From Desulfosudaceae bacterium (GTDB lineage Bacteria; Desulfobacterota; Desulfobacteria; Desulfobacterales; Desulfosudaceae), in assembly GCA_963674745.2 (NCBI GenBank), contig CAXXDV010000003.1:192001-256000 (forward strand): 64,000 nucleotides of DNA. The letters run 5' to 3'. A program made the position numbers and the translations under genes. The notes under the pieces were generated by a model. That model saw only the letters and a list, made by a program, of their open reading frames with translations. It was not told where the DNA came from and ran no database searches. Each line of letters opens with the position of its first letter. Within the stretch, counting starts at the first letter, position 1. Positions 20,401 to 29,639 of this stretch are shown here, piece after piece.

Positions 20401-20971
20401 TACCACCGGGGCCCGGTTTCCGGCGTTCCGGCGCAATTATGGCGGCTTTACGCTGCTGGAGCTGATCGTCGTTCTGGTGATCGTCAGCCTCATGTCGGCC
20501 CTGATTGCGCCCAGGCTGACCGGGCCGATGCGCAACCTGGATTTGAAAACGGCGGCCAAAAGAATTTCAGCTTCCCTCCGATACGCTCGCAGCCGGGCCG
20601 CCACGGAAAAGGCCATTTATGTGGCACTGTTTGACTTTGACAACAACCGGCTGATCGTCGGGGACACCCCCCTGGCCATGCGGGATTTTCTTATTAATGA
20701 TCAGGCGGCGATTAAACGGGTATTGACGACGCAACTGGACAGGCATCCGGAGCGGCTGAAACTTTACCAGCCACCCGAAGGTATTAAGCTGGAAAAGGGC
20801 ATTTCGCGGGAAAATACGGTGGGTTCCGGTTTTTTTCCGGTTTTTTTCTTTCCCACCGGTGCCAGCAGCGGTGGTGAAATAATGGTGGCCAATCAACGGG
20901 GACGGCAGTACAGCGTCACCATTGATTTTATCACCGGCATGGTCCGATTATCAGAGGTGATGACGTCATGA
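20366..20971 (+). CDS. gspH: Minor pseudopilin H
   Basis: G|FTLLELIVVL, LRYARSRA, FFPTG.SSGG, DFITG.V. Start uncertain (ATG 20366 or TTG 20381); the track start at 20027 overlaps gspG. Confidence 0.82.
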   Translation: MRIKTLPAGRTNTTGARFPAFRRNYGGFTLLELIVVLVIVSLMSALIAPRLTGPMRNLDLKTAAKRISASLRYARSRAATEKAIYVALFDFDNNRLIVGDTPLAMRDFLINDQAAIKRVLTTQLDRHPERLKLYQPPEGIKLEKGISRENTVGSGFFPVFFFPTGASSGGEIMVANQRGRQYSVTIDFITGMVRLSEVMTS

Positions 20972-21360
20972 ACAAAGGGTTTACCCTGATAGAGGTCCTG
21001 GTGGCCATGTCCATCCTGGCTATCTCACTGGTGGTGGTCTTGCAGGTTTTTTCCGGCGGTTTGAAAGCGGCCCGCCTGTCGGATGCGTATACACAGGGTG
21101 TTTTTTATGCCAGAGAGAAAATGGACGAAATTCTTCTGGCCGAAGACCTGACCGCCGGGGTTATCCGTGGCGAGTTTGAGGACGGTTTCAGATGGCGGGC
21201 GGAGGCGCTGGGGATGGATCTCCCGGATGCAGAGGGGGTGAGGTTACCCTTTCGCGCTTTTAATATAAAGGTGGATGTCAGCTGGACGGAAGGATCAAAG
21301 GAAAAACATTTCGCGGTCAGCACCATCAAGCTGGTGGGACCGGCTGAGGATACCATCTGA
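20968..21360 (+). CDS. gspI: Minor pseudopilin I
   Basis: G|FTLIEVLVAMSIL; size and position in the cluster. Confidence 0.85.
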   Translation: MNKGFTLIEVLVAMSILAISLVVVLQVFSGGLKAARLSDAYTQGVFYAREKMDEILLAEDLTAGVIRGEFEDGFRWRAEALGMDLPDAEGVRLPFRAFNIKVDVSWTEGSKEKHFAVSTIKLVGPAEDTI

Positions 21361-22004
21361 TGAGGTACCGCAACAGAAAATGGTTTCCTGACGGGTTATC
21401 CAAAGACGGCTTTACGTTGCTGGAATTGCTGATATCGATGACCATTATGGCCATGATCGTGGTGATCATATTCGGCGGCTTCAGGGTCGGTGTCCGGGCC
21501 TGGGAAAAAGGTGAAAGTTCGGTTGCCGGTCGTCAGCGACAACGCATTGTGCTTGATTTGATCAGGCATCAGCTGGCGTCAATCTGCGCTGCGGAAGTCC
21601 GGGATCCGGAGGGTGAGCCGGTCCGTTTTAAGGGTAACAGAACATCCATGGCCTTTGTGTCCCACCTGGCGCTTGTCCCCGGGCCCCAGGCAGGGCCGGC
21701 TTATGTTCAATATGCCGTTCAAAAGAACGCCGGGGACGAGACGGTGCGCCTGGCCTTTTACGAAAGGGCGGCGACGTCGCCGGAAATGGAGACGGATCCG
21801 GAAGGCGGGTTTTACGAACTGCTTTCCGGTGTCAAAAGTATTGCCTTTGAATACTTAAAAATACGGACGGATGAAACGGAATCACCATGGCAGGAGAGCT
21901 GGGATGCCGCTTTTGACAGGGGGCTTCCCCAGGCCATCCGGATAACGCTTCTGGAAAACGAGGATAAATCGCCGGTCTATGTGATCGCGGCGGCAGGTAT
22001 GTGA
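21360..22004 (+). CDS. gspJ: Minor pseudopilin J
   Basis: G|FTLLELLI; C-terminal W..SW....LP.AIRI pattern. Confidence 0.85.
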   Translation: MRYRNRKWFPDGLSKDGFTLLELLISMTIMAMIVVIIFGGFRVGVRAWEKGESSVAGRQRQRIVLDLIRHQLASICAAEVRDPEGEPVRFKGNRTSMAFVSHLALVPGPQAGPAYVQYAVQKNAGDETVRLAFYERAATSPEMETDPEGGFYELLSGVKSIAFEYLKIRTDETESPWQESWDAAFDRGLPQAIRITLLENEDKSPVYVIAAAGM

Positions 22005-22017
22005 AGGACGGTGTTGC

Positions 22018-23028
22018 TTGAAGGGGTTTTTGAAAGACGAGCGCGGTATTGCGCTTATTCTGGTACTCTGGGTAATGGTGCTTCTGACGGTCATTGCGGG
22101 TGAGTTCTCTCATACCATCGGCACGGAAGTCGAAATAACCCGTAATTTCAAGGAAGAAACCCAGGCCTATTATATTGCCAAAGCCGGGATGTTCTGGATG
22201 ATCGGGGAACTGGTCGCCAATACCTACCTGCCGCATCCCGGATTTTTCAAGGGTAATGAAGATACGGCAGATGATTTACGCTGGCGACTGACCTATGATA
22301 TGCCCGCGATCCCGTTCGGAGAAGGGCAGTTTCAAGTTAGAAAGGAAAACGAAAGCGGGAAGGTCAATTTGAATCTGGCCGGTCGAGGACTGCTGCGGAT
22401 GATGCTCAATGATTTTGAAATTGAAGACGCCGAAAAAGAAATTATCGTGGACTCCATAATGGACTGGCGTGATCAAAACGGCCTGACCCATACCAACGGT
22501 GCCGAGAATGAGTATTATCAGTCACTTCCGGAGCCCTATAGGTGTAAGAACGGTGATTTTACAACCATAGAAGAACTGCTTCTTGTCAGAGGGGTGACAC
22601 CCGGGATATTCTATGGTGGATTACGGGAAATGGTGTCTGTCTGTCAGGATGCGGACGATTCGATTAAGGCCGGCAGCAAGCGAAAGGCAATGGTCGATTT
22701 CAACCGGATAAACATCAATGCCGCTTCGGCACGAATGTTGCGTTCCCTTCCCGGTATGACCGAGGACAGCGTTGAAGCGGTCCTGGCGTTTCGTGACAAA
22801 CGGAATTTCCGGTCACGGTCCGAGCTGTATACGGCTGTCGGGCCGGAAACGTACAGGGCCATTTCGACATATATGACAATGAAGCCATCGCCTTATTATA
22901 CACTTCAATCAACAGGGCTGGCCAGGGAGAATCAGGCGCAGAAGGGTGTCCGTGCGGTGGTTAAGATTGATCGCAAACTTGAAAAAGGTTATGAGATTAT
23001 CCAGTGGGTCGATGGTCTTGAATACTGA
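22018..23028 (+). CDS. gspK: Minor pseudopilin K
   Basis: G|IALILVLW without E5; ESGKVNLN, DSIMDWRD, EELLLVRGVT, ININAA...L.SLPG. Confidence 0.9.
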   Translation: MKGFLKDERGIALILVLWVMVLLTVIAGEFSHTIGTEVEITRNFKEETQAYYIAKAGMFWMIGELVANTYLPHPGFFKGNEDTADDLRWRLTYDMPAIPFGEGQFQVRKENESGKVNLNLAGRGLLRMMLNDFEIEDAEKEIIVDSIMDWRDQNGLTHTNGAENEYYQSLPEPYRCKNGDFTTIEELLLVRGVTPGIFYGGLREMVSVCQDADDSIKAGSKRKAMVDFNRININAASARMLRSLPGMTEDSVEAVLAFRDKRNFRSRSELYTAVGPETYRAISTYMTMKPSPYYTLQSTGLARENQAQKGVRAVVKIDRKLEKGYEIIQWVDGLEY

Positions 23029-23115
23029 TTCTGACAATGATATCAGTATATTTAAAAATCGCTTTTACAGCCAAAAGGGCTTTTATGCGGGTGGACGTCG
23101 CAGGGAGGGCGGGCT

Positions 23116-24486
23116 TTGAATTTTCAGGCTAGTGTCGGCATTAATATTGAAAAGCACCGGGTTTCGCTGGTTTACCTGAAAAGATCGCTTAAGGGGGTCT
23201 CTCTGGCGGGACAGGCCATCCATGGCCTTGAAAAGCCGGAAGGTGAAAGCCGGGCAGCTGAAGTCGCCGAGCGCGTTAACGAATTTTTAAACAACCACCA
23301 GATTCCCTCGGCGGATATCTTTATCGGCATTCCCCGGGGCCTGGCCATCCTTCGCTATCTTGAACTGCCGCTGGCCGTCAAAGAAAACCTCAAAGGAACA
23401 TTGACTTATGAGATGGAGAAATATGTTCCATTGGCCGTGAGTGATATCTATTTTGACTTTCAGATACTTGAAGAGGACAAGGCAGCGGGAAACATGACGG
23501 TCCTGCTGATCGCTGTCCGCAAAGCGGTGATTGACCCCTATCTTCAAACCGGCAACCGGCCGGGTACAGGCATATCGGGGATAGAGATCAGTTCAACCGC
23601 TCTGGTGAACGCCTTTTCGCGCAAACCAGGGGCTCCGGAATCAGACGTCTATGCCTTTGTGTTGAACCGGGATGATCACTATGAGCTGGGTGTTGTCGAA
23701 AAGAACCGGTTGAGCTACTCCAGGCACGTCCCCAAAAGTCAAAAAGGCGATGACCCGCGGTTTCTTGTGAGTGAAGAACTGGACCTGCTCAGAAAAAAGG
23801 TCGGGTCTGAACCGGACAAGCTTGAAATTGTCATTTCCAGCACCGACGACAGTGTAATGGAACCGGTCAGCCAACGGGAAGACCTCGATGCCGGCGCCGT
23901 GGACCTTTCCGGAACGGGACTTTCGTCGGACCTTCTGGCGTCCGCCTACGGTCTGGCTTTAAAAGGTCTTCACGGCATGCCGATGGATATCAATCTGCTT
24001 CCCGTTGATTTGAGAAAAAAGGTCAGCCAGGCGCCTTATTATACTTTGTTTGCCCTGGTCGGCCTGCTTATCATTGCCATCCTGGCCTGGGGCGCCAGCA
24101 ACGTCATTCAACAGCAACGCACCGTCGCCGGACTCGAAAGGGAATTAAAACAGCTCAGGACTGAAGCGGCGGCCGTGAACCGCATCAGGGACCGCATGAA
24201 TGAAGTGGAGCGCCGGATAGAAGAGGTGAATGTGTTTCGAAAGCAGCATGTTCCGGCCCTGAATCTGCTGCGGGAATTGAGCGGTGAGATTCCTGATACT
24301 GCCTGGTTCAACCGTTTTTATATGACGGAGGATAAAGGGGATATTGAAGGTTATACCGATTCCGCTTCGGCATTGATCCCCCTGCTGGCATCTTCGCCCT
24401 TGCTCAAAGATGTGGCCTTTCTGTCGCCCATCACCAAGGATGGCGATGGTAAGGAGAAATTCCGGATCGGTTTTAATTTAAGATGA
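23116..24486 (+). CDS. gspL: GspL-like protein (PilM-like cytoplasmic part, TM segment, PilN-like periplasmic part)
   Basis: R.LELP...ENL...L.YE.EKY.P...DIYFD, AYGLAL, INLLP, TM segment, coiled coil, ELS..IPD.AW. Confidence 0.78.
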   Translation: MNFQASVGINIEKHRVSLVYLKRSLKGVSLAGQAIHGLEKPEGESRAAEVAERVNEFLNNHQIPSADIFIGIPRGLAILRYLELPLAVKENLKGTLTYEMEKYVPLAVSDIYFDFQILEEDKAAGNMTVLLIAVRKAVIDPYLQTGNRPGTGISGIEISSTALVNAFSRKPGAPESDVYAFVLNRDDHYELGVVEKNRLSYSRHVPKSQKGDDPRFLVSEELDLLRKKVGSEPDKLEIVISSTDDSVMEPVSQREDLDAGAVDLSGTGLSSDLLASAYGLALKGLHGMPMDINLLPVDLRKKVSQAPYYTLFALVGLLIIAILAWGASNVIQQQRTVAGLERELKQLRTEAAAVNRIRDRMNEVERRIEEVNVFRKQHVPALNLLRELSGEIPDTAWFNRFYMTEDKGDIEGYTDSASALIPLLASSPLLKDVAFLSPITKDGDGKEKFRIGFNLR

Positions 24487-24511
24487 TATACTGGATGAAC
24501 GGTTTGTTGAT

Positions 24512-25123
24512 ATGAAAAAACCTGTCATGGAAACATTAAAACGTCAGTGGCTGGAACTGGCCGCCAACCGGAGAACAAGAGCCATGTTAATCGGGTGCGC
24601 GATATTGTTTTTGTTCGTAATCGTTTTCCGGGTTTACCCTGTTTACGAGGGGATGGCGGGTGGTGAAACGGGCCGGACCGTGCTTGAAAAAAGTCTTGTC
24701 AAGTACCGGCAGGTGGTTGCTGGAAAAGCCGCGCTGGAAGCCGGGCTGACCATGCTTGAAAAATCCCTTCAACAGGCTGAAACAGGCCTGTTAGGCGGCG
24801 AAACCGCCGCGCTGGCGGCCGTTGACGTACAGAACACCCTTAACGAGATCGCCTATGCCAGCGGTGTGGAAATACAGCGCATGCAGGTGCTCAAACCGGA
24901 CACAAACAAGCAGGCATCGCCGCTTTATATCAACGTGCCGGTTCAATTCAGTGTCGTCGTCACCATCCGGCAACTGAAAGATATATTGTATAAAATCGAG
25001 ACCCATCCTCAGTTCTTTTTAACGTTGCAATGGATCAGGATCAACACCGCCGGGACCAGAGAGCCCAAACAGATCCGGTGCGATATGGCCGTTGCGGGTA
25101 TTATGAAAAATGTTAGCGAGTAA
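24512..25123 (+). CDS. gspM: GspM-like protein
   Basis: N-terminal TM segment, coiled coil, ferredoxin-like C-terminal pattern; follows gspL. Confidence 0.7.
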   Translation: MKKPVMETLKRQWLELAANRRTRAMLIGCAILFLFVIVFRVYPVYEGMAGGETGRTVLEKSLVKYRQVVAGKAALEAGLTMLEKSLQQAETGLLGGETAALAAVDVQNTLNEIAYASGVEIQRMQVLKPDTNKQASPLYINVPVQFSVVVTIRQLKDILYKIETHPQFFLTLQWIRINTAGTREPKQIRCDMAVAGIMKNVSE

Positions 25124-25128
25124 TCTAT

Positions 25129-25884
25129 ATGCTATTTGTTCCTTCCAGAATCTGGCTGATTAATATTGTCCTGACGGCATTGGTTGTGTTTTTCGGCATC
25201 CTGAGCGTTGACGTCTGGACCGGTAAACCCCCCGCGGTCCATGACCGTTCGGACGTTACGGATGCAAAAGCGCACCCGCCGGTCAAAAAAGTGACCAGCC
25301 GGATAACACCGCCGCCGGCAAATTATGACATCGTGGCGGAAAAAAATCTTTTTTCTCCGGACCGGATGGCTTCGACAACCGGGGCGTCGGATCAACCTCA
25401 GCCTCAGATTTCAGGGCATAAGATTTTTCTTTACGGCGTGGTTGAGATGGCCGGTCAAAAGCAGGCGCTGGTCAATCATCCCCTGACCGGGGAGGTGCCG
25501 GGCACGCGCGGGCAGACAGAAGATCAGTGGGTGAAAGAAGGCGATCTCATCGGTAACCTGAAGGTCGCTCAAATCGGCCAAGAAAAGATCGTTCTGGTCG
25601 AAGACGGGCAACGGTATGAAATCTTTCTCCATGATGAGAACAAGCCGGCACGCCGTCAGAACCCCGGCGCCCGGCCGCCGGCCGCCCCCACCGTCGTAGT
25701 GACCGGGGCGGAACCCAAAGCCCCGGCCCCTGCTGCTGTCAGCAGTGCGGCGCAGCCCCCGTCCCGACCGGCGCCGGCGCCTGAACCCGATGCGGCTAAA
25801 GAGGAGAAAAAGAAGCAGGTGACAGAGGATGGATATGAAATCGTGGAAACACCTTTTGGACCATTTAAAAGAAGGATAAAATAA
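25129..25884 (+). CDS. GspC-like protein without PDZ domain; Pro/Ala-rich linker and TPFG tail
   Basis: N-terminal TM segment, NLFSP.R, LYGVV...ALV...WVKEGD.IG..KV.QI...IVL pattern; directly before the secretin. Confidence 0.6.
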   Translation: MLFVPSRIWLINIVLTALVVFFGILSVDVWTGKPPAVHDRSDVTDAKAHPPVKKVTSRITPPPANYDIVAEKNLFSPDRMASTTGASDQPQPQISGHKIFLYGVVEMAGQKQALVNHPLTGEVPGTRGQTEDQWVKEGDLIGNLKVAQIGQEKIVLVEDGQRYEIFLHDENKPARRQNPGARPPAAPTVVVTGAEPKAPAPAAVSSAAQPPSRPAPAPEPDAAKEEKKKQVTEDGYEIVETPFGPFKRRIK

Positions 25885-25889
25885 AGTTT

Positions 25890-28193
25890 ATGAAACCCAT
25901 CACAGCTATTTTGTTCAGCATGTTTCTGTTTGCTTTTTTGTTTGCGGGTTGCGCGGGATCGCAGGTCCGCAATAAAGAGACGCCTGTTGCCGATGACCAG
26001 GTCAGGTATGAGGTCGTCACAACGCCCTTTGGTGACATTAAAAGAGAGGTCCGGCAGACCGATGCAGACACGGCTGAAGCCGTAGCGGAAAGATCCGGAC
26101 TTGAACCGGAAGAAGGCTTCGAGATCATATCCACGCCCTTTGGCTATATCAAACGAAAGAAGCTGCCGGACTCGCCCGACGCCTCGGCTGTCGCTGAAGC
26201 GGCATTGCCTCAAGAAGCCCTTTCGCAACCCGGAATTGAGTCCAAATCCGTCTTGGCCGCCGAACCGGTCAAAATACCGGAACCGGTAAAAACACCGCCG
26301 GCAGCAGAGGAAATATCCGCCTCTGAACCCGTCAAAAAAGAGGCTCCTGCCAAAACCGGTGACATCAGTTTTGATTTTGACGAGGCCGAGCTTGCTTCGG
26401 TCATCCGGGTCATGGCTGATTTTTTGGAAATAAACTACATTATTGACCCTGGCGTGGGCGGCAAGGTGACGATTCATACGGCCGGTCAACTGAACGCGGC
26501 CGACGTTTTCCCTGTTTTTTATCAGACCCTTGAGGTGAACGGGCTGACGGCCATCAAGGAGGGAAATGTTTACCGGATCACAACCCTCAAAGATGCATCC
26601 CGTCAACCACTTACCACCCGCCTTGCCGGGGACAGAAAAAAGATCCCGCCCGAAGAACGCATCGTTCTTCAGATCATACCCCTTAAATATATTTCTGCCG
26701 AAGAGGTGACCAAAGTCATCACGCCTTTTATTTCAGCCGACGGAACGATTATTTCAGAGGGAAATTCAAATGCGCTCCTGGTGGTTGATAAAGGTATCAA
26801 TATTCTCAAAATTCTCAAGCTGGTAGCGGCCTTTGACGTCAGTGTGTTTGAAAGGACAAACTACCGGTTTTACACGCTGGAAAATGCCAATGCCGAAGAT
26901 GTCTCAAAGACGCTGGGCGAAATATTACCGCAGTCCTCGGGTGGAAACGGCCAGGTGCGGTTTATCCCCATTAAATGGTTGAACGCGGTGCTGATCGTCA
27001 GTTCAAGTGATGATGTGTTTGACCGGGCCGACAGCCTGATCGACCAACTGGATGTTCCCGGCGAAGGTTCCCAGCCCCAGATTTACGTATATTCGGTCAA
27101 AAACGGGATGGCGTCCGATCTCGGTGATACATTGCGCGCTATTTTCGGCGCGACCGGGCAAAATATTCAAGCCGATCAACGGGAAAACGTAGCGACCAAC
27201 CCGTTTGCCAGAGATGTCGCGAACAGCAAAAAAGAAACCGGTGAAGCGGAACCAAATACCGCGACGGTTTCGACCGCCAGGCCGGCCGCGACGCCCTCAG
27301 ACCCTTCGGCCACCTTGCGGGGAGACATCCGGATCACCGACGATCAGATTCGAAACGCCCTGATTATTGAAGCGCTTCCCGGCGATTACAAGGTCGTTGA
27401 GCGGCTTCTTGAACGCCTGGATATTCTGCCCCGGCAGGTGCTGATCGATGTGACCATCGCCGAGGTCTCCCTTGGCGAGGGAACGGAACTGGGTATCGAG
27501 TGGACATTCAAGAAAGATGATTGGAGCGAGGAGGGCTCTTTGTCGGCCTTGATCGGTGGTACCGGGCTTCAATACGTCCTGGGGCTGTCGGAAAAATGGC
27601 AGGCTGCGCTGCATGCCCTGGCCGATGACAGCAAGCTGAATATCATTTCTACACCCAGTGTGCTGGCATCGGACAATAAACAGGCGAAGATCGATGTGAC
27701 CACGGAAGTGCCCATTCCCAGCACCAGCTACACTTATGTGAACGAGGGTGACAACCTGCTCGAGACCAGTGTCGAGTACAGGGATACCGGGGTGATCCTG
27801 GAAGTGACGCCGCATATCAACGAGTACGGACTGGTCACCATGGATATCAGCCAGGAGGTGAGCAACGTCGGGGCTCTGGTAAAAGTGGCCGGAGAGGACT
27901 ATTACTCTTTTGACCGGAAAAAGATTTTGACTTCGCTGACGGTTAAGCACAACCAGTCGATTGTCATCGGCGGGCTGATCAGCAATGAACGGAAAAACGC
28001 TTCCTCCGGCGTGCCCTGGCTGACCAAGGTCCCGCTTATCCGCTGGTTTACGGGAACGGAGAAAAACGAGGCGTCCAGATCGGAACTGATTGTCATGATT
28101 ACCCCCCACGTTATTACCAGCCTTGAGGATGTGGATACCATCAGCCGGGAGTTTGCGAACAAAATTTCGGATTTTCAAAGGGCGTTTGAATAA
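25890..28193 (+). CDS. gspD: Type II secretion secretin, lipoprotein type
   Basis: Lipobox FAG|C; N0 (FDFDEAEL..VI...NYIIDP.V.GKVTI); N-domain repeats; secretin core QVLIDV.IAEV, DTGVILEVTPHIN, IVIGGLI, GVPWL..VP, ELIVMITP. Confidence 0.95.
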   Translation: MKPITAILFSMFLFAFLFAGCAGSQVRNKETPVADDQVRYEVVTTPFGDIKREVRQTDADTAEAVAERSGLEPEEGFEIISTPFGYIKRKKLPDSPDASAVAEAALPQEALSQPGIESKSVLAAEPVKIPEPVKTPPAAEEISASEPVKKEAPAKTGDISFDFDEAELASVIRVMADFLEINYIIDPGVGGKVTIHTAGQLNAADVFPVFYQTLEVNGLTAIKEGNVYRITTLKDASRQPLTTRLAGDRKKIPPEERIVLQIIPLKYISAEEVTKVITPFISADGTIISEGNSNALLVVDKGINILKILKLVAAFDVSVFERTNYRFYTLENANAEDVSKTLGEILPQSSGGNGQVRFIPIKWLNAVLIVSSSDDVFDRADSLIDQLDVPGEGSQPQIYVYSVKNGMASDLGDTLRAIFGATGQNIQADQRENVATNPFARDVANSKKETGEAEPNTATVSTARPAATPSDPSATLRGDIRITDDQIRNALIIEALPGDYKVVERLLERLDILPRQVLIDVTIAEVSLGEGTELGIEWTFKKDDWSEEGSLSALIGGTGLQYVLGLSEKWQAALHALADDSKLNIISTPSVLASDNKQAKIDVTTEVPIPSTSYTYVNEGDNLLETSVEYRDTGVILEVTPHINEYGLVTMDISQEVSNVGALVKVAGEDYYSFDRKKILTSLTVKHNQSIVIGGLISNERKNASSGVPWLTKVPLIRWFTGTEKNEASRSELIVMITPHVITSLEDVDTISREFANKISDFQRAFE

Positions 28194-28255
28194 CGGTAAA
28201 ATGGGTTTGTTCACAGGTGAGAAAAACCCCGGCCTGGAGAGAGGCACGTGTTAAT

Positions 28256-28657
28256 GTTTGAGTGTTTAAGTGGTTAGGTGATTAAGTGGTTATGGGGTTG
28301 TGGGGTTAGATTCGGAGGGCTGAGAATTAGAGGCTTTAACGGTTTTGTGATTATGTGGTTATGTGATTAAGTGTTTAAGTGATTATGACCCGGGGGATTG
28401 AGAGACAGAATCTTTGAAGTATAAAGGTTGAAATATAAATGCTAAAGACGTTAGATGTTAAATGTTTAAGTGAATATAGGCTTGTGCGTTTAAATGGTGG
28501 TGTGAAGAAAGGCTGAAGCTTTACTGAAACCTCGAGCACTTAACCACCTAAACACTTAAACACATAAACTTTTAAGTGACACTGTTACTTATCGGTTTGA
28601 TACCGGGTTTTGCCCGGTTTGGACGCTAATCATTTAACCACATAACCACTTAATCAC
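28256..28657. repeat. Intergenic region with 8-nt periodic (GTGdTTAd)n tracts forming long-range inverted repeats
   Basis: 28256-28288 vs 28537-28569 (29/33 complementary); 28347-28373 vs 28631-28657 (24/27). Confidence 0.75.
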
Positions 28658-28697
28658 GTTTTATGCGAGGTTAACGACTATTTTTCGTACATCCTTT

Positions 28698-29639
28698 ATG
28701 CCACGACTGCTCTGGGGGCGGCTGCTTCTGGTTGCCCTCTGCCTTTCTTCGGCTTGGGTTACCGGCGTACCCGGCGCGGATGCCCGCAAGCCCGGGGTAG
28801 CCGTGTTTGTCTCCCGGGATATCATGCCGTATATCGCTGCCGCGGAGGGCATGAGCACGGTTCTTGCGGAAAATGCCGTTGCGTCAGTCGAAGTCTTTTC
28901 TCTTGAAAAAATTAAAGGCAAAAGCCGGGACCGGCTCATGGAAAGGATCGAGGAAGATGAATTCGCCCTTTTTATCGCCATTGGCCCTGAAGCAGTAGAA
29001 CTGATTTCGGAAAAAGCCGCGCCGGAAAATAGGAACTGGTTGTATTCCATGATTTTAAACCCGCCGGAGGTGTCTGAGGCGGCGGCAACCGCCTGCGGGG
29101 TGTCTCTGAATATTCCGGCCTGGAAACAGCTGGAGATGGTTTCCCTCGGCCTTCCCACCGCCAAACGGCTGGGGCTTCTTTATGATCCCCGCTACAACGC
29201 GTCGTTTTTCGCCGATGCTACGGCCCAGGCCGGTTTATGCAAACTGGACATCGTTCCCTTGCCCATATCGTCCAAAAAAGACATTCCGGCGGTTTTAAAA
29301 CAGAACTGGGACAATATCGACGCTTTATGGCTGATTCCCGATCAGACGGTCATCTCGGAAAGTATCGTGCAGTATATCATCAAAGAATCGCTTTTCCGGG
29401 ATACACCCGTCATCGGTTATAACCGTTTTTTTTATGAAAGTGGCGCGGCACTGGCGTTTGTGTTTGATTATACGGACATCGGCCGGCAGACCGGGCGGAT
29501 GGCGGCCGACGTGCTCAAGGGGAAACCATGCGAGAAGGCCATGCCTGTTTTCCGGGTCTGGCAGAACCGGCGGGTGATCAATAAACTGGGGTTGAGTATT
29601 AGTGAAAACCAAACATCACCCATAGAGGCCGGGCCATGA
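28698..29639 (+). CDS. Periplasmic ABC-substrate-binding-like protein, probably a sensor accessory
   Basis: Signal peptide; AIGP.A, P..KRLGLLY.P, DALWLIPD.TV, V.SGA-like motif, IG.Q.G.MA; overlaps the kinase start; no permease or ATPase nearby. Confidence 0.78.
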   Translation: MPRLLWGRLLLVALCLSSAWVTGVPGADARKPGVAVFVSRDIMPYIAAAEGMSTVLAENAVASVEVFSLEKIKGKSRDRLMERIEEDEFALFIAIGPEAVELISEKAAPENRNWLYSMILNPPEVSEAAATACGVSLNIPAWKQLEMVSLGLPTAKRLGLLYDPRYNASFFADATAQAGLCKLDIVPLPISSKKDIPAVLKQNWDNIDALWLIPDQTVISESIVQYIIKESLFRDTPVIGYNRFFYESGAALAFVFDYTDIGRQTGRMAADVLKGKPCEKAMPVFRVWQNRRVINKLGLSISENQTSPIEAGP

